Shown: one piece after another, positions 30,870 to 45,433 of the stretch
How the letters are laid out: the number at the start of each line of letters is the position of its first letter
Position numbering within the stretch: the first letter of the stretch is position 1
DNA from: the human T2T-CHM13v2.0 reference genome, Homo sapiens
Length of the DNA stretch: 64,000 nucleotides
Direction: 5' to 3' (one strand)
NCBI RefSeq assembly: GCF_009914755.1
Contig: NC_060939.1
Made by a program: the position numbers and the translations under genes
The notes under the pieces: generated by a model
What the model saw: only the letters and a program-made list of their open reading frames with translations
Told to the model about the DNA's origin: nothing
Database searches by the model: none

Positions 30870-31925
30870 ATACAATGTAACGTCCAAAGAATCCAGAATG
30901 AAATAAGAATTCTCACATATGTGAAGGACAACAACCAATAACTGACTATAATCAAGGAATAAAAACTGCAAAGAGCAGCAGACCAACAGGTGGGCAGATG
31001 TTAGAATTAGCAAACAAGAAATTCAACATAACTATCAGAAATATGTTTTAAAATGTACAGCAAAAGATAGATTTGGCCAGGCACGGTGGCTCACACCTGT
31101 AATCCCAGCACTTTGGGAGCCCGAGGAGGGCGGATCATGAGGTCAGGAGTTCGAGACCAGCCTGGCCAACATGGTAAAACCCCATCTCTACTAAATATAC
31201 AAAAATTAGCCAGGCGTGGTGGCAGGCACCTGTAGTCCTAGCTACTCGGGAGGCTGAGGCAGGAGAATCACTTGAACCCAAGAGTCAGAGGTTGCAGTGA
31301 GCTGAGATCACGCCACTGCACTCCAGCCTGGAGACAGAGCGAGACTCCGTCAAAAAAAAAAAAAAAAAAGATAGACTTAAAGGATGAAGAAAGGAACTGT
31401 CAGAAGAGATATAAAACTATTAAATGAGAGCCAAATGGAAATAAGAGATGTGAGAAATATAAAATAAAGTATGTCTTGGATGGATATAACAACAGATTAG
31501 GCCCAACAAAGCAAAGCATCTTGACCTTTCAAACAGATCAAGACAAACTAACCAAGCTACTAACAAGGAGAAGACTTTCTATTAAAATCGTAAAAGGAAA
31601 CTCACTAACAGTGTAACAGATGTATAATAGTATTTCCAGAAAAGAACAAAAAGAGCAAGGCAGGGGGAAAAAACAATAGTCAAAAGTTTCCAAATTTGGT
31701 AGGGGAACAAAAATCAAGCCAAAGATGCAAGCAGCTTCAGCAAATTTCAAGGAGGACGGTGGGGTGGGCGGGGTGTGCCACCATTGTATACATGAGCCCA
31801 GCTTAGGGAAACTGCAGAAAACCAAAGATAATAGAAAATACGAAAAGCAACCACAGAAAAAAGACATTTCATGAAAAAGAAGAGAACAACAACTCTCCAT
31901 CAGAATCCATGGAGACAAAACAGCG
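30870..31925 (+). mobile_element. Old L1 ORF1-like fragment
   Basis: A-rich, CAGATGTTAGAATTAGCAAACAAG, AGCCAAATGGAAAT. Confidence 0.5.
31074..31369 (+). mobile_element. AluS
   Basis: Alu dimer; TSD-like AAAAGATAGA on both sides. Confidence 0.9.
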
Positions 31926-33001
31926 GAAGGTCTCTTTTTGTACAACAGTCCTTCTCAGTTCCTGAAGGACAACTCTACACGGCCTTCCAGTTGTTCACAC
32001 TCGGCATCTCCCAGCATGACTGCAGGGAGCACGTGCACCGCCCCACGTGCTCTCAAGTTGCTCAGCGTCTTCTTTTGATCTCTGCCAGGGAGACTGGAAA
32101 CACAACCAGGCCCTTTAAAATGAACCTTCACCTTGGAGGTTCCCAGACCTGAGAAGAAGCTGGAGTTCAGAAGAGCTCATGGCCAACCTCCTCCCTTCCT
32201 GCCCACACCCGTTTCTTGCTTTCTCCCTTTGCACCCCCACCATCTTTCCAGCTCGTTCTAGGACTGGGGGAGGCCTCCCACCTGTCCAAGGCAGTGGCTG
32301 CCTCATCTGGACCCTTGCTCCCAGAAGGGCCCTGCTATCTGAGGGTTTCTGTTAGGGTAATTTCTGATTGCCAAACTGAGTACTGATAGTTTTATTTTTG
32401 TCTCTGATATTTTGTCCAGATTTTTAATGTATTACACAGCAAGAAAGATTTTGGAATGAACATCTCTAATCCTCTATGTTGCCAGCCATGAAAGCTCCCA
32501 TCCCTCTTACACTCAATCACGTCGCCTCCTCTATGCGAACGTCCCGTAGCCCTGACCCTGTGCCTCGCTGCTGCCCTCACCTGCTCCACAGCATGGAGAG
32601 AGCGGAGAGGCTGGCGGCACCAGAGCACCCCCAAGAGGCTCCTGAGTGAATGAAACAAACGGCTGCCAGAGTCCTGACGAGCCTCTTTGAATAATTCTAC
32701 TTCCTGGAAAAAGATCCCTTCATGAAGATGTGAGCATTTAACCCATGCTGCATCTAGTTAATATTTTTTCACAATTTACACAAACCCAAAATAAGGTTAA
32801 ACTTCAACCCTCTCAGTCTTTAGTATTATAATGTTCTGCAGACTATGCACAAACATGGTTAAACCCCAATGAATCATTAGAATTATTTGCGTACTATCAT
32901 TTAACATTCAGAATAGATCCTTAAGAAAATATACATCTAGAAAAAAAGTGTTCAAAATTTAGTGCTGTGGATTAAAAACTGTCAAGGCTGCATGGCTGTA
33001 C

Positions 33002-33144
33002 CTCAAGTTCCTGTTTATCAAATATGGCCTTCACAGGAGACGGCTGGGTGGCCGAGGCCAGCAGCTGCTGCAAGAGGATCATGGGGGGCTGCGGCCCTTC
33101 AGGAGACATGTCCCCAAGGTCAGGTGATACCACTGCTCCATCAT
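33002..33144 (-). CDS. HERC2: HERC2 window exon 20/40
   Basis: (D)DGAVVSPDL...KQELE|gtacag; 143 nt, phase 1-0. Confidence 0.92.
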
Positions 33145-33313
33145 CTGAATTTAAAAACAAAATATGTGTAAGATTCTATTTTCAACTGCGAACACCACTT
33201 TACTATTAAAGAAAATGCATTAAGCATGTTAAATCAGGTATGACTTCTGCCTCATTATGTGATAGAAAACCAAAATCTTCAAGGTTCAGACATCGAACAA
33301 AAACTAGACTCTA

Positions 33314-33788
<475 letters not shown>

Positions 33789-33899
33789 CTAGACTCTAAA
33801 CCACTTTCACTGCCTGCTTTTGGTCTCTGTCCTTCATTAGTGCATCTGTCTCTTAGAGCCAGCAAATGCTCCTTCCCAGATTTCTGCACTTGGTCTGAT

Positions 33900-34196
<297 letters not shown>

Positions 34197-34520
34197 TACA
34201 CACTCTCTTTCGTGTTCACTCACGGCTTCAGTAACCCCTGACACAGACACATCCCACGTGCATATTTCTAGCTGTAGCTTTTCCAGCTAAGCTTTGTTGA
34301 GATCATTAAGTGACCCCAATTCCAAATGTGTCATGTGCTCAGGGTGATGGCTTTTTGTCTGTTATGAGTAGCTTTAGGTGCAGCCTTTAGGACTCTGTTT
34401 GACACAGCCCCAGGGAGATCCACTGCCCTCAAGCCCACTTCACACATCTAGGTACTCATCCAGGTACTCACAGCATTTGCATGTGCTGGTTTTCTTCAGT
34501 GACAATTTCAACTAACTAGA

Positions 34521-34705
34521 CCAGGAGCTGGAAATCTTTCTCTTAAAGGGCCAGAGAGTAAATAGTTTAGGCTGATGGGCTGTACAGTCTCTGTCCCAAC
34601 TACTCAGCTCTGCCATTGCAGAGCAAAAGCATCCAGAGACGATGTGTAAACAAGTGGTGTGTCTGTGTTCCCATAAAAATTTACAAAAACAGGTGCACGG
34701 CAGTT
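34521..34705 (+). mobile_element. MER58-type hAT relic
   Basis: AAGGGCCAGAGAGTAAATAGTTTAGGCT...CAACTACTCAGCTCTGCC matches recalled MER58. Confidence 0.65.
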
Positions 34706-35959
34706 TTGTCAATCTAGCTCTGTTAGGAGTCCCTGCTCGGCCCAAAGCACAGACTTGATCATCCTGATTCAGGTCTGCTGTCACTGCTCATTGGGCTGAG
34801 TGCAGAACAGAACAGCCAATCCAATTCCCAGGCTCCAATCTTCCAATCTCTACAACTGGGAAATCTTCATGTTCCCTATAACCTCTACTATTAATTGATT
34901 CTATACTTTCAATTGATTTCTTTCATCCTCAGCAGGTTTAAAATTAATTTCATAACATCCTCTCCTCTTAAGATTAAGAAACAAACCCACATACTCCACA
35001 TTCTACTGGACTTGCATATTTTTTTCAAACGCACCACTCACTATTCTCCCCTCAATTCAAGCTTGAAACAGCAGAGTCACCTTCCACTTTTTGCTGGTTC
35101 CCCATAAAGTTATCATCTACAAGACTACACCATCACAGTGGATGGCACCTTCCTTCCACCAGAACCTTCTTTCCCTTTTCATGCCTTCCCCCTCATCACC
35201 TGACGCAGGAGCAATTCTCCATCTCTGTCATCTCCTGTTTCAGATACTCCTATACCTTCCTAGCAGGTGTATCACCCGAAGGTCAATGCTTACCATGTGG
35301 CCCCTACCACAGCTTTCCAAGTGGGCCTCAAGTTTCACCCTGGTCTCCCAGGTACTCTGTAACAGGATGTCACCCACCCATCCAGCTTCAGCCCCACCAC
35401 TCATCGACAAACCCTGAGCTCCAAGCAATGCAGAGCTGCTCAACACGCTTCCAAAGACTCGCCACTTTCACTCCTCTCCTCCTGGTCCACCACCAGCAAA
35501 GTGCTTGTCTGCTGGCATCTGTCTGCCACAGCCTTCAAAGGCTGCCCGTCCAGTGCTCAGCTGCCACTGGCTCCAGATGCCTGTGGAACCACTCACATGC
35601 CTCACCGCCTCCTGACCCCAGAGGACAAAGAGAGCCATCTGCATTCACTTCCTCTCCTCATCCAAACCCTAGAGAGCAATGATCACAGAAAAGGACTTTC
35701 CCCGAAAAGACTTAGCATAATGTCTTTCAATAGCAGGAGATCAAAAAATGTTTTTTTCTATTAAAAGTGACACAAGCTCATTCTAGAAAACTAAATATAG
35801 AGAAATATAAAGAAATAAAGACAGCCAAATTCCACCAAAGATTACTGGGTCACTATTTCACTAAACAGATAACTATGGCATATCTATAAACGGATATACA
35901 TAGCAATGTGCTTTTCTGTTTACTTATCATTTTCATATTTCCACGGCAATAAACATATA

Positions 35960-36556
<597 letters not shown>

Positions 36557-36701
36557 TATAAGTACCATCATTTTGAATGGCACCATGGTATCACACTGTA
36601 TGGATACACAACATAAGAATAGGTATTTTGGTGTCTACAGTTTTTCAACACAAAAACAATACCAAAAAGGAGGCCATAACGACACTGTTGAATACATTAT
36701 C

Positions 36702-37199
<498 letters not shown>

Positions 37200-37763
37200 T
37201 GAATACATTATCTTTACATGCCTTTTCGTGTGATAAAGTCCCACGGAATGACTTGCTGGGCCAAAGTATATAAATACATACATACATCTATGCATGTCAA
37301 AGACCAACTCATTTCCTCAGACGCCCATTAGATGGCTACACCAACTGAAATTCCCAGCAGCAGCCTGTTCATGGAGTGCGGCTTTACGCGCATTTGAAGA
37401 ACCAGCTTAGGTTCTACTTGTTACAATACAGGCTCTATTTCTTTGGTCTGGGGTGCGGCCTGGGAGTCTGCATTTCTAACACATACCTGCGTGCCACCAA
37501 TCTTGCTGACCCATGCAGCACACTTTAAATGGGAAGGCATGAAAATACCTTTTTCCCTCCCCACCCACCAGATGCCCTCAGTCTTGTCTTATAAGATGAC
37601 GATGACAATTTTATTCACAGTTGGTGGTTGCTGGGCAGGCCACATGTCTGTCTTGTACATTTATAAGCCACCTATGTCCATTTTTATGAACTGATTATTC
37701 ACTTCCTTTGTCTACTTTCTACTGCCCTTCTTATAAAGATTTAAGAACTTTTTAAAAAGACAC

Positions 37764-37907
37764 CTGTGTGAACAGTTCCAGTCTCCTGAACAGCTGGCTG
37801 AGACAGGATCTGCCGCAGTTTATCCTGGTGGGAGAGCAGCGCCCGACCTGCTTTCAGGATGTATAGCTTCAACTGCTGGCACCGCAGCAGGTCCAGGTCC
37901 ACTTGTC
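37764..37907 (-). CDS. HERC2: HERC2 window exon 19/40
   Basis: (G)QVDLDLLRCQQ...GTVHT|gtgtct; 144 nt, phase 1-1. Confidence 0.9.
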
Positions 37908-39206
37908 CTGCGGAAGGAAAGACTCAGTGAGAAGGGCGTGCCCTGCTCAGACTCCCTCCTCGCCAGCAGCAAGCCTCCGCCACATGGCGACGAGTAACGC
38001 TCTGCCCTTCAGGAATCTGCCGACCGCACACACTGTCCGTGACGAAGGGCTTGCCTTTCCCAGAGTTACACTCGGTGCTTCTGGGTAAGCATCTTCTGCC
38101 TCCTGGGTCTTCCTTCCCTGCTCTCCAGGCACCTAACTTGATAGGACGCAGGATTCAATGGGTTTAACACGGTTAGAACCATGTTAGCTACTATTAATAT
38201 GATCAAATGTTCCCCAAGTTGCTGAAGTTTCAGCCGCTTTCACTCTTCTTCTAAGACTCCTCTGAGAGAATCTGTCAGCCCCACTAGCTCTTTAACTGAT
38301 GAAGATGGCAGCAATGCCCAAGGCTTATCTGATAGCAGAGGCCGCAGAAGCAGCACAGAGAGCATGGGGTGGGAAGGAAGGAGGGCCGCAGGTGCCGCTC
38401 GGACACTGGCTCAACTAACTGGCAGACAGGTTTATTCACCACGATGGGAAACGGCAGCTACTAGAGAAAGCCAGCTGAATTTCGGACATGTGGTGATTTG
38501 CATGCACTGCACCTCCAACCAGACATGTGAATGGGAGATCCAGAGTTGAAAGTGCTTACATCATAAATGCTGAAGCAGCAATCGTAGGTCTGTGGGAGCA
38601 AGAGGGGAGAAAACTCAAGAAGAGTGGGCAGAATACGCCATAGTTACGGGTGAAGCCACACAGACTTCCAGGACATAAAGAATGAGCAGAGAGAAGAGCT
38701 CCCTAGAAACATGGAAACAAACTCAGGAGAGCCGCATTCTACAACCGAAGGAAGGCAAAGCCAAGCCAGGCTACAGTCACAGTCTTAGCCATCCTGAATG
38801 TCACAGGCAAGCCAGGCGCTTCCGGGACAGAGGCCCCTGGATCCGGCAGAGAACAGGCTGTGAGCCATGGTCCAACAGGGTGACTGGGCCACAGGGCCCT
38901 GGGATGGAGAGGAGGAGGGAAGAGGTGAACACAGACTTCTCTTCCGGGATAAAGGGTGACACGGAGAAGAGGGTGTGAGCCATGGGGTTCTTCAAGTGTG
39001 GCTCCGAACATGGCGACAAAAGCTGACTCGAAAATACTCATTACCACGAACACAGGGTTACATTCCCAACCGCAACTCAACAAATGGTGAGCCCACGTGA
39101 ACCCCAGGACTTTAGTACGTCCGTGAATTCACTCATAAAAGAACACTGTACAAACGACACGAGTTTAAGACGGCAGCTATTTCATCAAGAAGCACCATGT
39201 ACTGAC

Positions 39207-39345
39207 CTGCAAAGGCCTGTTTAGTCGATTTCTTTATTTTGTGCTTTTCTAACTTGCTTCCAGCGAGGTTCACCAACTGAGCCCAGACAGACAGCATGGG
39301 CTCTGTGAAGGGCAGGTTGTTCACATTAAAGGCCACGGCAGGGAG
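39207..39345 (-). CDS. HERC2: HERC2 window exon 18/40
   Basis: LPAVAFNVNN...KQAFA|gtcagt; 139 nt, phase 0-1. Confidence 0.92.
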
Positions 39346-39691
39346 CTGGAGAGGACACAGAAGCTGTCAGAGTGTGGCCAATACGACTAACAAATGAAAC
39401 GTTCTGAAAGTCATCAAAACCATGGGCTTAATCCTGAAATGCCACACATACCCGTAAGCCTTTTATAGCTGAGAATAATCATTTTTTAAAATGACATTAA
39501 AGGCAGGATAGAGATTTACACATATAATAAGTATAATCTATATTAATTTTTCTTTACAAACCTGTCAACAATAATTACATCAGTGTGGTGGTTACTATCT
39601 TCTCAGATATTTTCTATATACTTCAAGTTTTCTACAACGTGTATATATTCCTATAATAATAAAAAAGAGTACTTTATAGAAAATATAGTCA

Positions 39692-39993
<302 letters not shown>

Positions 39994-40503
39994 AATATAT
40001 AGTAAGATTGCACTTGGGCTACATCAAAATAATGTAAATGGCTCCTTCTCCCTGTGCATCCTTGATTCACAGATTAAGATGACAGTAGCTGCTACATTAA
40101 GTCACGTCACTCAAAACTACTAAGCATTTTCTACATGAAGAAAGGCTGTTTTTTTAAAGGTGTTTAAACATGTTTGTTTTTTTAAAACTTGAGTTGTTGA
40201 ATAAAAAGTAAACTTCATAAATTCACATTTTAAAATAATTAGAACTACCTCATAGATGCACGGTACCTTCTAGGTTGCTAAAGCCCTCTTCGTGTCTCTG
40301 AGGCTGAAATACACACGAACCACTGCTTTAAGTGCCCTGTGAGACAGGCCCTGCTTACCACAGAAGCACAAGCTCACACAGCTTCCTGGAAGGCAAACTT
40401 CAAGTACCAGAATCAAGTTCTTTCAAGTGCTGATGCTGGTGCTCGGTTCTAGTGTAAAGTCAATTTCCCTTATCATGCAGTAACTAAGCACAAGTTCACC
40501 TAC

Positions 40504-40734
40504 TGGTTTCAGCTGATTCAATGGGCAAACGCGACACGTCCGCATGTCAGAGAACTGCACGGTGATTTTGCCCTTTGGGGTGATGCGAGTCACAGTGCCT
40601 TCTCCAAACTCATCGTGCATAACTTGACCGCCCAGGCGCAGGCGACCATCGATGCCTCCAATCACAGCCAGGACTGCCATGAGGCCCCCCACTTCAGGGT
40701 TCTCGGAGTCGGGGAAGTAGTCCTCTAACTGGGC
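40504..40734 (-). CDS. HERC2: HERC2 window exon 17/40 (contains Tudor/KOW-like segment)
   Basis: AQLEDYFPDS...NQLKP|gtaggt; 231 nt, phase 0-0. Confidence 0.92.
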
Positions 40735-40837
40735 CTAGTGCAGACCAAACAGCGAGCTCGACAGAGACACTCACGGAGCTGCCCAATCCCTACAGGTTCA
40801 CCGTTGAACTAAATTAATTCTGAGAACACAAACCCAC

Positions 40838-41034
40838 CCCTTCGGAAGGCCTTCCCACAAAGCTGTGGGTGATGGAGCGGAGCTGGGAGTTGATGTACTT
40901 GTTGATGAGCCCATTCCACTGAGTCAGGGAGTGCAGCGTGCGCAGCAGTGCCACCACCTCCTCCGCCAGTGTGCTGCTGTGGGTGGCAGTCAGCGAGGCC
41001 TGCGGGCGCACCCTGCGCCGCCTCAGCGTGGACT
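40838..41034 (-). CDS. HERC2: HERC2 window exon 16/40
   Basis: (E)STLRRRRVRP...RPSEG|gtgggt; 197 nt, phase 1-0. Confidence 0.92.
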
Positions 41035-41061
41035 CTGAGGAGGAAACCAGGGGAGAAGCTG

Positions 41062-41432
41062 CTGCACCGCTCTTCACCAGGGCACAGGGAAAGGAGACGG
41101 CTACCCACCTCTAAGTGACGGCACTGCGCCGCTCTTCACCAGGGCACAGGGAAGGGAGACGGCCATGCACCTCTGAGTGACGGCACTGCGCCGCTCTTCA
41201 CCAGGGCACAGGGAAGGGAGACGGCCACGCACCTCTGAGTGACGGCAGTACACCGCTCTTCACCAGGGCACAGGGAAGGGAGACGGCCACCCACCTCTGA
41301 GTGACGGCACTGCGCCGCTCTTCACCAGGGCACAGGGAAGGGAAACGGCCACCCACCTGAGTGACGGCACTGCGCCGCTCTTCACCAGGGCACAGGGAAG
41401 GTAGACGGCCACCCACCTCTGAGTAATGGCAC
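41062..41432. repeat. Minisatellite, 6 x ~62 bp, overlapping the exon 15 donor
   Basis: CCGCTCTTCACCAGGGCACAGGGAA recurs at 41067, 41129, 41191, 41253, 41315, 41375. Confidence 0.95.
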
Positions 41433-41564
41433 GTCAGAGGAGCAGGTAGTGAGCAAGCTTCCCAAGAAGTCAAACAGCTTCTCCACGAGGCATTTCATGT
41501 CCCTCGCCCTTTCGGTCTTGTCCCATGATGGAAGGACTGCTTGCAACAAATGCACAGCTAAGAT
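41417..41564 (-). CDS. HERC2: HERC2 window exon 15/40
   Basis: ILAVHLLQAV...DVPLLR|gtgggt; 148 nt, phase 0-1. Confidence 0.9.
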
Positions 41565-41629
41565 CTGATAAAAGAAAATTTATAACGACAAGCATTAAAA
41601 AAAATCTGATGAGGAAACTACAGATTGTT

Positions 41630-41938
41630 ATTTTTTTATTTTTTATTTTTTTGAGACAGAGTCTCACACTGTCACCCGGGCTGGAGTGCAGTGGCACGGT
41701 CTCGGCTCACTACAAACTCCCACCTCCCAGGTTCAAACGATTCTCCTTGCTTCAGCTTCCTGAGTAGCAGGGATTACAGGCACCCACCACCAAGCCCGGC
41801 TCATTTTTTTTTGGATTTTTGGTAGAGACAGAATTTCACTATGTTGGCCAGGCTGGTCTCAAACTCCTGACCTCATTATCCACCTGCCTCGGCCTCCCAA
41901 AGTGCTGGGATTACAGGCATGAGCCACTGCGCCCGGCC
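41630..41938 (-). mobile_element. AluS
   Basis: Reverse Alu dimer 66 nt upstream of the exon 15 acceptor. Confidence 0.9.
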
Positions 41939-42382
41939 TCTCTTTATTTTCTGTTCTCATAACGCAAGTAATCAAGTGAAAATTTTGAGATTCATTATTT
42001 TACAGCCAGGTAATTACACTCAAGTTGATTAGTGATTAGGATTGTCAGGAACTTTAAAAAAAGCAACATTACAGATGCATGTGTTTAATTTAAAAAGAAT
42101 TATTTTTAGTTTAATTCTTAAGACAATTACACTACAAATTCTGTGAAGCAGATGAGTGAGTAGTTGCAGGATTTACCACTTAAGAGAAAAGCAGGTAAAC
42201 TGAAGGTTAGCAACTTACCAATTATCAAGGACCTCTGCCCCTTGCCTCCAGAAAATCTACCCTGTCACTTCTAGACCCTTTCTGCACTCGTTACTGAATA
42301 AAGGCCCCTGACTCTGAAGGCAGGGAACTTCAGTACATGGAGGCCTCTCTCAGGGAACTGGTTTTGCCTGGCAGCACATTAC

Positions 42383-42564
42383 CTGCCTCTGCAGCGAGGT
42401 GGCAGTGAAGGGTGCGTGCCCTTCCACGACCTTCATGAGCAGCGTGATCCACTGCGGGGAGCTGAGGGCGCCGCATACCTGCGGCGTGAGAGCGATGCTC
42501 CGCACAAACCCCAGCGTGCACCAGCTCCGGTGTTGCTCCCTGTACACCAGCCTGTTTGGAGAAG
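42383..42564 (-). CDS. HERC2: HERC2 window exon 14/40
   Basis: (S)SPNRLVYREQ...SLQRQ|gtaatg; 182 nt, phase 1-0. Confidence 0.92.
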
Positions 42565-43365
42565 CTGCAGGAGGGAAAATAGACATGCTTGGTAACAAGT
42601 CCCTAAAGACAAATCCCTAAAGATATATCCTTATTTTTTTATCAACTTATTTTATTTTTCTAAAATAAGCTCCTTTACAAATATATTGCAGTTTGTAAAT
42701 TAATTCAAACTAATTCAAAGTGAGAAGTGGAAGGCAGCTTTTAAGTTAGTTCAAGAAACATTTCTCAATTTTTCTTTTTTTTTTTAGAGAAGGGCTCTCA
42801 CTGTGTTTCCCAGGCTGGTCTAAAACTCCTGGGTTCAAGTGATTCTCCTGCCTTGCCCTGCCAAATAGCTGGGACTACGGGCATTTTTAAAACCTTCTAA
42901 GTATGTGTAGTAAAAGTAGTTAGGGAATTTTAGCTATGCATTGTTTCTAGGCAATAGGAAAACCATCTATAATTCAAATAACAGTACTTTGCAACAGTGC
43001 ATCTATTATATTTTTAATTTCGTGTTTTAAATATCTCCACAATCTTGCTTATATTTAATCTGCACCACTTAAATATTTTTTTTTTTTGTATTTTTAGTAG
43101 AGACAGTTTCCAATCCAAGTTTAATACATCTGCATTAACAAAATGAGTTTTTCACTAGGTTTACACCACTGGATTCTAGCACCAGTGGGCCCACCTCTGC
43201 TCCGCCTGGCTCCAGGACTCCACTACTCCCTGAATGGAGGCTGAGGCTTGGAGGCTGGGCCCCCTGAGGGACCCCGCCCACAGCCCCACAGGACCTGCTC
43301 TCCCTCCCACCTCCCCCACCCTGCCCTCAGCTATCCAAGCTTATGAGGACACCTGCCTTCCTTCA

Positions 43366-44360
43366 GCACACTCACATGCGCTCACACACACACACTCACT
43401 CTCACACCCTCATATGCATCCTCACACTCACACTGATACTAAGTTATTCAGACACACTCATGGGCACTCATACACCCACCCTCACACTTTCAGGTGCACT
43501 CACACCACTGTCGCAATCACTAACACACACACAATCCCAGTCACACGTATGCACAAACAGATGCAAGCTGACACACACTCCCATGCACTCTCACATACAC
43601 TTACCCCTCCCAATGCATACAAAAACTCACATATGCACTCACACTCCTCAACACTAGTAACGACCGATTACTCACCCACTCACACCTTTACCCACACACT
43701 TTCTCACTTTGCACTCACACCTATACTGTTATAACCTCCCATTCACTGACACAAGCAAAATGCTCACATTCACTCACACGCATTCACAATAACATCACTC
43801 GTGCTCACACTGACACAAGGCACTCATACACATTTACACAAATGCTCGCACTCAATCGCACACTTACACACTTGTGCTGCCACCCACTCATACTTCCTCA
43901 CACTCACCAACCCTCACTGACTTACACTGACTTACACTTACACTGGGTGTCTCATTCGCACACCCAGTAATCCCCTCACACTCACTCATGCCTCCCTCAT
44001 GCTCACCCTCACACACACACTGGCTCAATGCACTGACGCTTTCACTCCCACTTCACCTGAATGTAGTCACCTGCCCACTTACATGCTCTCATGGACACAC
44101 ACCCACACAACCACATGCTACCAACACACCATCACACTTGCAACACAAACGCTCAGCCACTTGCCCATCGACCGCTAACACACTCACTCTCATCAATATG
44201 TGCGGACGCTCCAGCACACCACTAATACACGCATGCTCTCACACACACTGGAGGACGCCCACATACCCACCCACACTCACATGTGCTCACTCGCAGTCAC
44301 ATGCACACTCACCCCACTCCCTCAGCTCACATTTCTCATACTTACTCTCCACACAAACAC
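43366..44360. repeat. ~1-kb degenerate CA/CAC-rich low-complexity tract (UG-rich on HERC2 sense strand)
   Basis: Dense CACA/CTCAC motifs without fixed period. Confidence 0.85.
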
Positions 44361-44361
44361 T

Positions 44362-45152
44362 TTATGGATTAAACTGTGCCTGTCCCCCAACTTCACATAC
44401 ATTCGGAACCTCAGAATATGATCTTATTTAATGAGGTCTCTGTAGACGTCATTAAGGTAAGAATTTAGGTGACATCATGTTGGATTAGAGTCAAAGAAAC
44501 TCAAAGAGTCCTTTCAGAGACAGAAAAGGACATGCAGAACACAGGGGCAGGGGCCATGTGAAGACGCAGGCAGAGACTGGCACAATGCGTCCCAACACCA
44601 AGGAAGCCTGGAGCTCCCAGAAGCTGGACAAAGTAAGGAAGGACCTTCCCCTAGAGCCTGTGGAAGAAGCATGGCCCTGCCCGCACCTGGATTTGGGACT
44701 TCTGGTCTCCAGAACTCTGAGAGAACAAATTTGTTGTTTGAGGCCAGTGTTATGGGTTGAATTCAGAATTGCAAAATTCGTATGTTGAAGCCCTAACCCC
44801 TATCGTACCTCGGCAGGTGACCTTGTTTGGAAATAGGGTCGCTGCAGCTGTAATCAGTTTGATGAGGTTGAATGATGTCCTTATGAAAAGGGGAGATTTG
44901 GAGGCGACTCACACACAGGGAGAATGCCATGTGAAGATGACGGCAGAGATAGGGGTGACACCTCTACAAGCCGAGGAACGCTAAAGAGACCAGTAAACTC
45001 CAGAAGCTGGGGCAGAGCCCTCAAGCAGCTTCCCCCTCACAGCCCCAGAAGGAACCACCCTTGATCTCAGCCTTCCAGCCGCCAGAACCGTGAGAATTTC
45101 TACTGTGTAAGCCCCCAAGTTTGTATACTTTGTTACAGCAGCCACAGGAAAG
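44362..45152 (+). mobile_element. Two adjacent MaLR (MLT1-like) LTR relics
   Basis: Two copies of ...GTGAAGA(C/T)G..CCAGAAGCTGG..CCAGAAC..TGAGA pattern (44362-44745, 44747-45152). Confidence 0.7.
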
Positions 45153-45250
45153 GAATCCACACACATCCACACCCACCCACATGAACACCCAGACACAAGC
45201 GTGCGGCCCCCAGCGCTGACTCCCTGGGCCCTCGATCTCTCATTCCATAC

Positions 45251-45433
45251 ATGTCTTGTCCGTCGTTCCGCTTTCCACTAACATTCGCAGCAGTCCGCAT
45301 AAAGTCTTGGTGGCTTCGCTCTGCATGATCTCAGCATGAACTCCAGCAGACAGACAAAGAGTCTGCAGTAAGTTAATAGTGCTGGTAAACATCATTGCAG
45401 TGGGGTGAATGTTCCTTTCAGTTTGTTCGGCTT
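45251..45433 (-). CDS. HERC2: HERC2 window exon 13/40
   Basis: (E)AEQTERNIHP...GTTDKT|gtatgg; 183 nt, phase 1-1. Confidence 0.92.

Noticed and set aside
30259-31013. 210-aa and 130-aa minus-strand ORFs
   Set aside because: Not part of the HERC2 exon chain (exons 20 and 21 join in phase without them), no recognisable domain, and adjacent to L1-like sequence
43234-44431. His/Thr-rich ORFs of 100-166 aa on the plus strand
   Set aside because: By-product of stop-poor CA-rich low-complexity sequence
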